Shown piece by piece: positions 51,101 through 61,756 of a stretch of 64,000 bases of DNA (positions are counted from its first letter, which is position 1; the number at the start of each line of letters is the position of its first letter). The position numbers and the translations under genes are program-made. The notes under the pieces are model-generated. The model saw only the letters and a list, made by a program, of their open reading frames with translations. It was not told the origin of the DNA and did not search any database. Origin of the DNA: an uncultured Chthonomonadaceae bacterium (lineage in GTDB: Bacteria; Armatimonadota; Chthonomonadetes; Chthonomonadales; Chthonomonadaceae); contig CAWIEK010000050.1 in NCBI GenBank assembly GCA_963835065.1, positions 32,001 through 96,000 on the forward strand, read 5' to 3'.

Positions 51101-52724
51101 TGAGGTTAGTTGCGCCGCGGATGCTGAGAGTGGAACCGTTGTTGAGGTTAAGGCTTGCCGCATTGACGCTGGCTCCGTTGAAGTAAAGTGAATTGCCGCT
51201 GAGATTGACGCTGCTGATGGTAGTAAGAGACCGCTGCCCGTCAGTGTGCCACTGTCACTGCTCAAGTTGCTGATGGTGGCGGTTCCATTGTTGGTGAGCG
51301 TGCTGCCCGCTGAGGTTGAGAATGCTGGTGTCGGTGATGTTGAGGGTGGCTCCGGCAGCATTGGTGGCGCTGGTGTTTAGAAGCAACGTACCGCCGCCGC
51401 CTTCGGTCAGTGTGCCGCCTGCGGCATTGGTGAAGTTGGCGGCATTGAGGTTGAGATTGTTGCCATTAGAAGCCGTGATGCTGCCGGTGTTGTTGAACGT
51501 CGTAACGGCAATGCCATTGCCGCCCAGCGTGGTGGTGTTACCGCTGACGTTGGCGTTGATGGTGGCAGCAGTGTTGAGCGTGCTGGGAGTGCTGTTGATG
51601 TTGGCGCTGCTGCCGATGTTGCCGATCCTGCCGGAGAGTGTCACGCCACTGCCCAAGCGTGTAGACGGCAGTGGAACCACTCACGCCCTCAAAGTTGATG
51701 TTACTGGCGCTCGTGTTCGCGCCCGTGTTGCCGAAGAGGATGTTGCTGCTGTTGAGGTTGGTTTGCCCCGGATGCTGAGAGTGGAGCCATTGTTGAGGTT
51801 AAGGCTTGCCGCATTGACGCTGGCTCCGTTGAAGTAAAGTGAATTGCCGCTGAGATTGACGCTGCTGATGGTATAAAAACCGCTGCCCGTCAGTGTGCCA
51901 CTGTCACTGCTCAAGTTGCTGATGGTGGCGGTTCCATTGTTGGTGAGTATGTTGCCGCTGAGGTTGAGGATGCCGTTGCCGTCTACGGTGAGTGTGCCCG
52001 TATTCGCGTTGACAGTGCCACTGGTGTTCAAGAGCAGTGTGCCATCGGTGACGCGCAGGGTTCCGCTGTTGGTGAAGTTGGCGGCATTGAGGTTGAGATT
52101 GTTGCCATTAGAAGCCGTGATGCTGCCGGTGTTGTTGAACGTCGTAACGGCAATGCCATTGCCGCCCAGCGTGGTGGTGTTACCGCTGACGTTGGCGTTG
52201 ATGGTGGCAGCAGTGTTGAGCGTGCTGGGAGTGCTGTTGATGTTGGCGCTGTTGCCGAGGCCGCCAATGCGTCCGCTCAACGTCGTGCCACTGCCCAATG
52301 TGTAAACCGTTGCTGTGCCGCTCGCGCCTTCAAAGTAAATGTTGCTGGCGCTCGTATTCGCGCCCGTATTGCCGAAAAGGATACTGGCGACGTTGAGGGT
52401 CGGGCTGTTTTGCAGGTCGAGAACGGAACCGTTGTTGAGGTCAATCACGTCCGGGTTGATGGTGATGCCGTTGACCAGCACGGTAGCGGCGTTGATGAAA
52501 GCGGTATCGCCCGCCGTCGGTACGCGGTTCGCAGACCAGTTCGCGGCTACGTTGAAAAGATTATTGACACTGCCCAGCCAGTTGATTGTGTCCGTACGCG
52601 CCTGATGCGCGGCCAGACTGCCCGCAAGCAACAGCGATACGGTTCCGACGCGCTTTACTGCCACAAGACGGCAACCTCGACGGCGCAGGCGCGGCTTCCG
52701 CCACGCGGCAAAGTTTGCAAACAT
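48166..52724 (-). CDS. Large Asn/Thr/Gly-rich beta-helix repeat surface protein with PEP-CTERM sorting signal; multiple frameshifts
   Basis: Signal peptide, about six ~650-nt repeats (FEG.SG....YTLGSG.TLSGRIG), and C-terminal PIPEAGTVVTFGLLLCGAGCVIRRHRRQA. Confidence 0.8.
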
Positions 52725-53144
52725 CGTAAATCTGACCCTTCCGAGAATAATTACAACATAAGAAGTACAACCAAGCGCAGAGAGTTGAGAACCAACGCGA
52801 ACACGCCGTACCAATAGCGGATGGCTGCAATACGCCGCCTGCAAAATATACGGCAATACGCGCCTGATTTCCTGCAAGATTTACAGTGTTTTACGTATTT
52901 TTCGATAAATTTATTTTCTGCCGCATTAATGTGTCTATTGTCTTGATTAAAGCGGCCTTTTAATGCGGATGCGCGTTGTCGCAACTTTGCGGGCAGTTCC
53001 CTTTATCCGCAGACAGAAAGACTTTCTGCAAAGCGTACGTCTTAAATGTGTTGACATGCAGCGCAGAAGGAATGTCGCTCACGTATGGCGAATAGTTGCA
53101 TACTTTCTGGCGCTTGCCGAGAAACCGGGAAACGAAAGACCGCC

Positions 53145-54419
53145 GTGATTTTGCCTTACAGTGACAATTTGACCCTGCGCCGCCCGCTTGCCACGCTGGG
53201 ATTGCTGGCGGCAACCTTTGCGCTGTCGCTGTGGCTGCTGCTTTGCGGCTGGCAGGGAGGCGCAGGCGAGGCCGCGCCATTGCCCGCGCTTGTCGGCCTT
53301 GTTCCCGATCACTTCCGGTTCCTGAACCTGCTTACCTATCCCCTGTTCCATGACAGCCTGGGACATCTGCTTGTGAACGCCTTTTTCCTGTGGGTGTTCG
53401 GCGCGGGGATCGAGGCGGCGGTGGGCAGCCGACGCTTTCTGCTGCTGTACTTTTTGGGCGGGCTGGTGGGCGGGGCGCTGCAATGTATTGTCACCGCAAC
53501 CCTCTTGCCGCCGGAGTATCAGGCGATCCCGATTGTGGGCGCGTCTGCGGCGTGCGCGGGACTGATCGGCCTGTACGCCGTACGCTACTACCGCGCTTCC
53601 ATCAACTTTGTCGGCCTGCCGTTTCGCGCCCATGTGGTCGTGGTTGTCACGCTGTACCTGATTTTGGAAATCGGCGGCGGGCTGTGGAATCTGCTGGCAG
53701 GCAACAATGGGGATGGCGTGGCGCATTGGGCGCACATCGGCGGCTTTGTGTTCGGATTGGGCTGCGCGTATCTGCTCCGGCTGGTGGATCATGGCGAACG
53801 GGCGTACCTGTCGCTGGACGCTTTGCAGGCCATGAGCAAGAGCGTGCCCGGCGCGGCCATTAAGAAGTGGGAAACCCTGCTCATGCGCGCCCCCGGCAAT
53901 ATCGAAGCCCGCGTGGAACTGGCCCGCGCCTGGCTGATGCTGGGGGATAAGGAACACGCGCAGGGCAATTACGCGCTGGCCCTGGTTTCTTATCTGGAAC
54001 AGCAGGGGAGCGTGGCGGCGGCCCTGCTGGTTGTGGAAATGCGCGAAGCCGAACTATCCGTTACCCATATCACGCCCGCGCAGCGACTTGGCATCGGGCT
54101 TGCCCTCGACGAAATGCAGCAGTACACTCAAGCCGCCGAACTGCTGCAAAATCTGGGAATGGAACACAGCGAAGCGCCCGAAGCGGAAACCGCCCTGCTG
54201 AAAACCGCCCTGCTGTACGCGCAGCGCTTGAGTAGGCGTGACGACGCCCTGATTTTCCTGCGCCTGTTCGTGGAGCGTTACCCCAACAGCCCGCAGCGCA
54301 AACAGGCCGAGGAATGGCAGCGCGCCGTCACGTCCCTTTCCGCAAGCCCGAAGCCGTTGCCTGTTTCAATTGAATCTTCTGTCCCGCCTGTGGATAACTC
54401 ACAACTTCCAATAGATTGA
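53145..54419 (+). CDS. Rhomboid intramembrane serine protease with C-terminal TPR-like region
   Basis: H..LGHLLVN, GASA, VAHWAHIGG. Start uncertain. Confidence 0.88.
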   Translation: MILPYSDNLTLRRPLATLGLLAATFALSLWLLLCGWQGGAGEAAPLPALVGLVPDHFRFLNLLTYPLFHDSLGHLLVNAFFLWVFGAGIEAAVGSRRFLLLYFLGGLVGGALQCIVTATLLPPEYQAIPIVGASAACAGLIGLYAVRYYRASINFVGLPFRAHVVVVVTLYLILEIGGGLWNLLAGNNGDGVAHWAHIGGFVFGLGCAYLLRLVDHGERAYLSLDALQAMSKSVPGAAIKKWETLLMRAPGNIEARVELARAWLMLGDKEHAQGNYALALVSYLEQQGSVAAALLVVEMREAELSVTHITPAQRLGIGLALDEMQQYTQAAELLQNLGMEHSEAPEAETALLKTALLYAQRLSRRDDALIFLRLFVERYPNSPQRKQAEEWQRAVTSLSASPKPLPVSIESSVPPVDNSQLPID

Positions 54420-54431
54420 GGATAATAAGCT

Positions 54432-55727
54432 ATGCGCGTAACAATGGATTATGGTAAAACCGGGCTGGCAGTGGAACTGCCCGACGCCAATGTAATCGGC
54501 GTTTTGGGATTGACGCCCGCGCCCGCCCTTGCCGATCCCGCCCGCGCCATTGAACAGGCGTTGCGGCAGCCGATTGGAACGCGCCCACTGGCCGAACTCG
54601 CACAGGGGCGCGACACGGCCTGCATCGTGATCTGCGATATTACGCGCCCTGTGCCCAACAAAATCCTGCTGCCGCCCATGCTGCACACATTGGAACAGGC
54701 GGGGATTGCGCGCGATGCCATTACCATTTTAATCGCAACGGGTACGCACCGTCCGAATTGGGGCGCGGAACTGGAAACGCTTATCGGCGCGGATTTGGCG
54801 GCGCAATACCGCGTCGTCAATCACGCCTGCAAGGAATTGGACACGCACCGCTATCTTGGCGAATCCCCGAACGGCGTTCCTATCTGGCTGGACAAAACCT
54901 ATTGCGAGGCCGATTTGCGCCTGACCGTCGGACTGATTGAGCCGCATTTTATGGCGGGCTATTCGGGCGGGCGCAAATTGGTCATGCCCGGTGTTGCGGC
55001 AATGGAAACCACGCAAAACTGGCATTGTCCCCGTTTCCTTGAATCGCCGCTTGCCACGATGGGCGTTGTGGACGGCAACCCGGTTCACGAGGAAGCGCTG
55101 GCGATTGCCGGCGTTTTGCGCCCCGACATGATCGTGGACGTGACGCTGGACGAGGCCAACCAAATTACGGGCGTGTACGCGGGCGATCTGGAACAGGCGT
55201 GGAAGGCAGGGGTTGCGTTTGCCGCGCAGCACGTTCGCGCCCGCGCCCCGCAAGCCGCCGATGTGGTTGTGACTTCCTGCGCCGGATACCCACTTGATAC
55301 GACGTTTTATCAGGCCGTGAAGGGCATGGTGGGCGCGTTGCCTGTCGTGAAACCCGGCGGAACCATTGTAATCGCGTCGCAATGCGCAGAAGGCGTAGGC
55401 AGTCCCGATTTTGCCAACGCCCTGCTTGCCGCTTCCGACCTGGAAGAATTTGTCGCGCACATTTCGCAGCCCGGCGTTTTTATCCCGGAAGAATGGGAAA
55501 TCGAGGAACTCGCCCGCGCCGTTCGCCACGCCAACGTGATCTGTATCGCGGACGGCATTGCGGATGAAACCCTGTCGCAATGCTTCGTGACGCCCGCCGC
55601 TTCGGTAGAAGAGGGCGTTCGCATGGCTTTGGAACGGCACGGCGCGAATTCAACCCTGATCGCCATTCCGCGCGGTCCGTATGTGATTCCCTACCTCGAT
55701 GCCGACGCCACAATTTCCACCGCGTAG
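54432..55727 (+). CDS. larA: Nickel-dependent lactate racemase (LarA family)
   Basis: DITRP, ATGTHR, EPHFMAGYSGGRK, YPLDTTFYQAVKG. Confidence 0.9.
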   Translation: MRVTMDYGKTGLAVELPDANVIGVLGLTPAPALADPARAIEQALRQPIGTRPLAELAQGRDTACIVICDITRPVPNKILLPPMLHTLEQAGIARDAITILIATGTHRPNWGAELETLIGADLAAQYRVVNHACKELDTHRYLGESPNGVPIWLDKTYCEADLRLTVGLIEPHFMAGYSGGRKLVMPGVAAMETTQNWHCPRFLESPLATMGVVDGNPVHEEALAIAGVLRPDMIVDVTLDEANQITGVYAGDLEQAWKAGVAFAAQHVRARAPQAADVVVTSCAGYPLDTTFYQAVKGMVGALPVVKPGGTIVIASQCAEGVGSPDFANALLAASDLEEFVAHISQPGVFIPEEWEIEELARAVRHANVICIADGIADETLSQCFVTPAASVEEGVRMALERHGANSTLIAIPRGPYVIPYLDADATISTA

Positions 55728-55931
55728 ACCGCTGTAAACCTTTATCCTGCAGCCGACGCAGGCAATTTCTATACATCTGCCCTAATCCGGCAATCTACGG
55801 CTTGATTTTCCGTTGGGAACGTGCTATACTTGCGCGAAAGGGAAGTGGCAGTCTCCATTGTTGTTTATAAGGCGCAGCCAATCTTCCATTCTACTTCCGC
55901 CTTCGTACCTCCCGTGAGGAGAAGCATATTG

Positions 55932-56294
55932 ATGGTCAGTCAGGGCAACAGTCAACTGGATCGTGGCATTGCGTTTAAGGTGGAAGGCCGCTACGAGGAG
56001 GCCGTCACCGAACTGCGCGAGTTTTTGGAGCAGGACCCCAATTCCGGTGACGGGCATCATCAACTGGGGCTTGTCTACGGCTTCATCGGCCTGTTCGATG
56101 AATCCATTGAGGAACTCCAAAAGGCCGTACTGCTCACGCCCGCCCGCGTAGACCCGCGCGTGGATTTGGCGCTGACATTTTCCATGCTCGGCGAGTACGA
56201 GCAGGCCAAATCGGAGTTTGAGGAGGTATTGCGCCGCGACCCGACCAACAAGCGCGCGCTCGACAGCCTGCAATTCTTCTCCGATCCCGTGTAA
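55932..56294 (+). CDS. Small TPR protein
   Basis: Three TPR-like helical repeats (GRYEEAV, LGLVYG...DESIEEL, LGEYEQAK). Confidence 0.85.
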   Translation: MVSQGNSQLDRGIAFKVEGRYEEAVTELREFLEQDPNSGDGHHQLGLVYGFIGLFDESIEELQKAVLLTPARVDPRVDLALTFSMLGEYEQAKSEFEEVLRRDPTNKRALDSLQFFSDPV

Positions 56295-56377
56295 GTTTCA
56301 GCCGTTTTCAACACCTGGAACAAATCTGTCCGGCGGTAAAATCTTTTCCCGTTTTAATCCTTCCCTGCGATAATCCT

Positions 56378-59095
56378 TTGCGAACCCGGACTTTTCACAA
56401 TCTGCCGTTCTGGTTTCCGCCCCTGTTTTTTCTGCTGCTTGCCGCCTTGTTTTTGTGGCGTTCCACGTTTGCCGGCGATGTGTTTCTGCCCGCCAACCTG
56501 CTCGGACACATTGCGCCCTGGACTTCCGCCATTGCGCATGACAACCTGCCGCCCTGGAATCCCCTGCGCTGGGACGGCATCGCGCAATTCTATCCCTGGC
56601 GCAATTTCGCGCATGATACTCTGCGCAACGGCGTGGTTCCCCTCTGGAACCCCTATCAATTCTGCGGTACGCCGTTCGTCGCCAACAGCCAATCCGCCGT
56701 TTTTTATCCGCCCAATCTCCTGTTTACCCTGCTGCCCACCGCCCGCGCGTTCGGCGTCAGCGCCCTGCTGCATCTCACGCTGTGCGGCTGGTTTACGTAT
56801 CTGTTCCTCCGTCGCCTGGGCTGCGGCGAAGTCGGCGCGCTCCTTGCGGGCGTCGCCTACGCTTTCTCCAACTGGCAGGTACAATGGCTCCAACTGCCCA
56901 CCTTCCTCGCCACCTCCTGCTGGTTCCCCCTGCTGCTGCGGCAAATCTACGCATTAGGGAACAGGGAGCAGGGAACAGGGAACAGGAGAAGGAAAGGAGA
57001 AGGGAACAGGGAACAGGGAACAGGGAACAGGGAAGGACCCCCAACCCTCAACCCTCAACCCTCAACTACTGTCCCCTGTTCCCTGTTCCCTGTTCCCTGC
57101 GTGACGGGCCTGATGCTGCTGGCCGGGCATTTGCAGATCGCGTTTTATGGGCTGCTGGCGGGGAGTTTGTGGGGAATAGCGTTGTTGGCGGCGCGGGCGC
57201 GGGAAGCAGGGGCGGCGTTTGCGTTGGGGCGGCTTGGGCTGCTGATGGGTGGGCTGGTTTTGGGCGTGATGCTGGCTTTGCCGCAGATACTTCCTGCGCT
57301 GGAGTTGTCGCGCATGTCGCACCGGGCGGGCAAGCCGACTGCGGCAGGCTACGCGCTGTATGCCGAATATGCTCTCCCGCCTGCCGATCTTGCTCTGCTC
57401 ACGCTGCCCAATTTTTTCGGCAACGATTACGACCCCGGCAATGGTTATTACGGCTTTTACGTGAAACGCGCCGGGGAAACGGATTTCGCCGTGCGCCACA
57501 ATGCGGCGGAAACAGCGGTTTATGTCGGCATACTCCCCCTTCTGCTTGCGCTCTTCGCGGTGGCGCGAACTATAGCCAACCTGGAAGGCAAAAGCAAAGG
57601 CAGCAAAGGTGTTGCTGACCGGCGCGTATTGTTTTTTGCCATTCTTGCCGTTTTTGCCTTGCTGCTTGCGTTGGGAACGCCCCTCAATGCTTTATTTTAT
57701 TTTTTCGTTCCGGGTTTTGCGCAGTCCGGCTCCCCGGCGCGGTGTCTGGTTTTGTGGGCGTTGGCAATCGCTGTTCTTGCGGGCATGGGATTGGACAGCC
57801 TGCTGCGACAGCCGCCGACCAAGCGTGAAGCCGGAGTTGTTATGGGCGCGTTCGGGTTTGTGTTCGCCATTGGCCTGAGTTCGGCTTCGCAGGCCCTCCG
57901 CGCCAATTTGCCCAACATGGACAAACTCAAAGTGCCTGTTCTTGGCGAAGTGCTTTCGCGTATTGGCGCGGATTGGGTACAGTTTCTCGTTTTCACGGCG
58001 GCGGGTGTCGCGCTGCTGTTATGGAAAGTAAAGCCAACGTCCGCTACTTCTAAGCCAACTGCCACTTCTAAGCCAACGTCCGCCACTTCTGACTCGGTTT
58101 CGTCCGCTTCTGACTCGCTTGCGCTGCCTGCGGAGTCGGTTGCACCCACTGCTGAGGCGGCTGCGTCCACTGCTGAACAGGAACCCGGCGCGGCAAGCGC
58201 GGCGGCTTTTTCCCTGCCTGCCCTTGCCTGTATCGCGCTTGTCATTGCCGATGTATTTCTTGTCGGTATCCGTATCAATCCTACCGCGCCTGCATCCGCC
58301 GTCTACCCCGTGACGTCCGGTATAAAGTTCGTGCAGGAAACCATCGGGCATGACCACATTTTCACGGTCAACAAGTTTTGGAACCTGAATGTGCCGCCGC
58401 CCGCTGTTTTGCCGCCTAACGCCGCATTGGTGTACGGCCTGCGCGACGTGCAGGGTTATGATTCGCTGCTGACGGGGCAGTACAAAGCCTTTGCGGACCA
58501 GTTCGCCCGCCCGGATAGGAACGGCGACAAAAACGCCAGTCCTGTCGAAGTGGGTAACATGGTTTTCTTTCAAGACCCTACGTTTTCCGGTGTTCCCGCG
58601 CTTGGCGCGGCGTATGCCATTACCCTGCCGCCCTCGGCCCCCCTGTTTCACACCACCCTGACGCCGCCGACCAACGCGGCTTACGACGCCGACAACGAAA
58701 TGGCCGTTTATCCCCTGCCGAACGCCATGCGCCGCGCCCGCCTGCTCGGAATGGATGGCCTGCCGCTTCCCGCGCCCGCTTCCGTTTCCTTCCAGCAGGA
58801 TGATTCCACGCGAGTTACTTTGAACGTTTCCACTCCCGCGCCCGCAACGCTCGTCCTTGCCGACCAATACTATCCCGGCTGGCGCGTAACCATAGACGGC
58901 AAACCCGCCAATCTGCAACGCTCCCCGGAAAACGTTTTCCGCGCCGCAGCCGTTCCTGCGGGCGCGCATACCATTGCGTTCACGTACCAACCGGCCAGTT
59001 ACCAAACCGGGCTGTTTCTGCAATGCCTCGCCTGCGCCCTGCTCGCCATCCCCGGCGGCATAGCCCTGACACGTCCAAAACAAATCCGTTCCTAA
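56378..59095 (+). CDS. YfhO-family (GT-C) membrane protein with an in-frame repeat insertion
   Basis: QFYPWR, PLWNPY..CGTPF, LAGHLQ, GYD, YYPGWRVTIDG, VPAGAH. Confidence 0.88.
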   Translation: MRTRTFHNLPFWFPPLFFLLLAALFLWRSTFAGDVFLPANLLGHIAPWTSAIAHDNLPPWNPLRWDGIAQFYPWRNFAHDTLRNGVVPLWNPYQFCGTPFVANSQSAVFYPPNLLFTLLPTARAFGVSALLHLTLCGWFTYLFLRRLGCGEVGALLAGVAYAFSNWQVQWLQLPTFLATSCWFPLLLRQIYALGNREQGTGNRRRKGEGNREQGTGNREGPPTLNPQPSTTVPCSLFPVPCVTGLMLLAGHLQIAFYGLLAGSLWGIALLAARAREAGAAFALGRLGLLMGGLVLGVMLALPQILPALELSRMSHRAGKPTAAGYALYAEYALPPADLALLTLPNFFGNDYDPGNGYYGFYVKRAGETDFAVRHNAAETAVYVGILPLLLALFAVARTIANLEGKSKGSKGVADRRVLFFAILAVFALLLALGTPLNALFYFFVPGFAQSGSPARCLVLWALAIAVLAGMGLDSLLRQPPTKREAGVVMGAFGFVFAIGLSSASQALRANLPNMDKLKVPVLGEVLSRIGADWVQFLVFTAAGVALLLWKVKPTSATSKPTATSKPTSATSDSVSSASDSLALPAESVAPTAEAAASTAEQEPGAASAAAFSLPALACIALVIADVFLVGIRINPTAPASAVYPVTSGIKFVQETIGHDHIFTVNKFWNLNVPPPAVLPPNAALVYGLRDVQGYDSLLTGQYKAFADQFARPDRNGDKNASPVEVGNMVFFQDPTFSGVPALGAAYAITLPPSAPLFHTTLTPPTNAAYDADNEMAVYPLPNAMRRARLLGMDGLPLPAPASVSFQQDDSTRVTLNVSTPAPATLVLADQYYPGWRVTIDGKPANLQRSPENVFRAAAVPAGAHTIAFTYQPASYQTGLFLQCLACALLAIPGGIALTRPKQIRS
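56956..57100. repeat. (GGGAACA)n ... (TGTTCCC)n palindromic element inside the YfhO gene
   Basis: Translates as GNREQGTGNR...PCSLFPVPC. The same family occurs at 43201-43310 and 44375-44403. Confidence 0.85.
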
Positions 59096-59192
59096 CCCGC
59101 TAAAACGCGCCCGAAACCCTCCTCATCTACCAGCCCAACACCCGAACACCTGAACACCCAACACCGACCCAAAAATAATCCAAAAGTAGCCC

Positions 59193-59220
59193 TTGACATT
59201 TGCCGTATTTGCGATACAAT
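59193..59220 (+). promoter_or_regulatory. Sigma70-type promoter
   Basis: TTGACA, 16 nt spacer, TACAAT. Confidence 0.6.
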
Positions 59221-59422
59221 TTATACAACATGGTGAGAACGCAGGAACATTTCTGCGCCTAGCCACGTCCGCATCCTATATCCGCCCTTATCATCTCCCT
59301 GCTTTCTGACGATATAATTTTAGAAAGCGCCATGCGTTCTGCCGCGCATGTCTTGCACTACCGCTGTCCCATGATGGGCACAGCACTACTGCTCCCATAC
59401 GCGCCCGGCGCGTATCTATTTT

Positions 59423-59674
59423 TTGGCCCCTGGCGGCCGTTTTTGTTGGGAGTATCTTCACATGCAATCCTGTCGAACGTCCCTCGACGCGCTGAAAAAA
59501 CTGCTGCGCGCGATGTCGGCTACCGATGCCGCCATGACCGCAGACCTGCAGCGCAAAATCAACGCGGACGCCGAAGCCTCCGGCGTTCCCCTGTCCGCAT
59601 CCAGCACGTCTATGGCGCTGATGCAGCTTGGGCTGATTGACGGCAGGGAAACCGGCAACGATATCAGCGTCTAA
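59423..59674 (+). CDS. Small hypothetical protein (start uncertain, possibly frameshifted)
   Basis: Plausible coding bias. Lies between the promoter and a terminator. Confidence 0.45.
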   Translation: MAPGGRFCWEYLHMQSCRTSLDALKKLLRAMSATDAAMTADLQRKINADAEASGVPLSASSTSMALMQLGLIDGRETGNDISV

Positions 59675-59718
59675 ACCGCTAATTATCAACACCTCAACGC
59701 CCCTGCCGGAAGGAAAAT

Positions 59719-59768
59719 AGCCTGCGCGCGTCGTACATGGTAACGACGCGCGCAGGCTTATTCTTTTT
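59719..59768 (+). terminator. Rho-independent terminator
   Basis: AGCCTGCGCGCGTCGT...ACGACGCGCGCAGGCT followed by TATTCTTTTT. Confidence 0.75.
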
Positions 59769-59786
59769 AGCGGGGGGCAGTTTTCC

Positions 59787-61648
59787 ATGAACGATAATGA
59801 CGCGGATGCACAATTCAATGTCATGCCGGACACGCAGACCAACATCGCCCATGCGCGTCAACTCTCCTCACCAACTGACGCCTCTACTATATGCGCACAC
59901 TGGCGCTTGCCTGTATGAGCGCAACATCGGCGCTGGCTGCAAGCGAGCGCCGACAAATTTCCCAACGCAAATTGGCTTACTTACTACGATGAAAATGGGC
60001 GCGCGGGAGCCTATTCCCACGAGCAGTTTGTCAAGATGCCGCAAGATTTCTGGCCGATTGGATGCAGAGGACGGAGATTAATCCGGTGTTCGGATCGCTA
60101 CCCTGATGGTGAATGACCCGCGCGCGGTGCTTACTTACTTCGCCGCGTGGACACTGGGCGCAACTATCGTGCCCATCAATCCCGCCGAAGACGAAGAGCG
60201 TATTCGCTACATCCTCCACCATTCCCGCGCAAAGGCCTGCTCGTACCCGAAGAAAATCAGGAGAAATGGAGCCAATTGGCGCAGGCATCGCCCACATCCG
60301 AGAACACGAACGATCCATTTCCCCACAATCTGCCCGCTTTCTGCGGCTCTGTGCGACTATGACAGCGCGGAGGTTTCTACCCCTGTTGCCACGAGCCTCC
60401 TTACGCGACTTTCCCGATTTCCCCATCCCGAGGACGCCGAATGTCTGATCGTATACACGTCGGGCACGACCGGGCCCGCCCAAAGGTGTTGTACTGGAAC
60501 ACGGCAATTTGATGCCCGATGCGTTTTCAATAGCCCACTGGATGGGGTTCGACTATCCCAGTCAGCGTGTGTACCATGTGGACGGGGATACTTTTTCAAT
60601 ATCTCATGGAATGAGTGAAGCCCATCTTCCCATGAGACAGGCTTCGAACCCACAGACCGCGCCATGAACGTGCTTCCCCTTCATCATGTAAACGGTATTG
60701 TAGTTACACTGATGACGCCGCTCGTCAGTGGCGGCAGCGTCGTTGATCAATCGCAAGTTCAGCGCAGGTTCGTTCTGGAAAACGCTGGAAGCGGAACGCT
60801 GTACGTGGGTCAGCGTGGTTCCCACCATTCTCGCTTTTCTGACGGAGCGCGGTGAGGATATTACGCAGTACGATTTGTCCCGCTTCAAGCGCATTTTGTG
60901 CGGCGCAGGCCCGCTTACCGTCGAAGTCGCCCGACGCTTCCATGACAAATTCGGACTGCGTATCACGCACGGTTACGGCCTGAGCGAAACGACGTGCTAT
61001 TCCTGCTTCCTGCCCGCAGAGCAAACGGACGCGGAATACAACTACTGGATGCACGAGTGCGGCTTCCCCTCCATCGGCTGCCCCCTTCCCGTCAACGAAA
61101 TGCAGATACACGACGCGAACGGCAATTCGCTGCCGCCCGAAACACGGGGCGAAATCGTCATACGCGGCGTCAACGTTATGCGGTACTATTTTGGGCGTCC
61201 CGACGCGAACCGCGATGCCTTTGCGCATGGCTGGTTCCGGTCGGGCGATGAAGGCTTTTACCGCATGGGCGCGGACGGCCTGCCCTACTTCTTCATCACC
61301 GGACGCTTAAAAGAACTTATCATTCGAGGCGGTATCAACCTGTCGCCGTTCGACGTAGATGAAGTGTTGAATGCCATTCCCGGCGTCCGGGCGGCAATGG
61401 CGGTCGGCTTTGAAAACAACTTTTATGGCGAAGAAGTAGGCGCGTATGTGCAGCGCGAGGCAGGACATAGCGTTACCGAAGACGAAATCCTCCGCGCCTG
61501 CCGCGCCAAACTATCCTTCGCCAAATCGCCCAAAGTGGTCGTCTTCGGCGACACCTTTCCCGTCACGTCCACCGGCAAATACCAGCGCAATAAGCTGCGC
61601 CCGCTGTTTGCCGCGTGGAAAGATACGCAATTTAGAGAAACGAAATAA
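59787..61648 (+). CDS. Acyl-CoA synthetase / AMP-binding enzyme, multiply frameshifted in the 5' half
   Basis: YTSGTTG, LPLHHVNG, HGYGLSE, GWFRSGD, GRLKELIIRGG, TGK. Confidence 0.85.
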
Positions 61649-61650
61649 AG

Positions 61651-61741
61651 GGTGTTGGGTGTTGGGTGTTAGGAATCGTTCCTGTTAGAAGCCAATGTTA
61701 TGCTGCGGCATTGTCCCAACACCCAATACCCAACACCCCAT
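61651..61741. repeat. (GGGTGTT)n ... (AACACCC)n palindromic element
   Basis: Inverted heptamer arrays. A related array is at 59135-59165. Confidence 0.75.
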
Positions 61742-61756
61742 TCATGGAGGCTTTTT

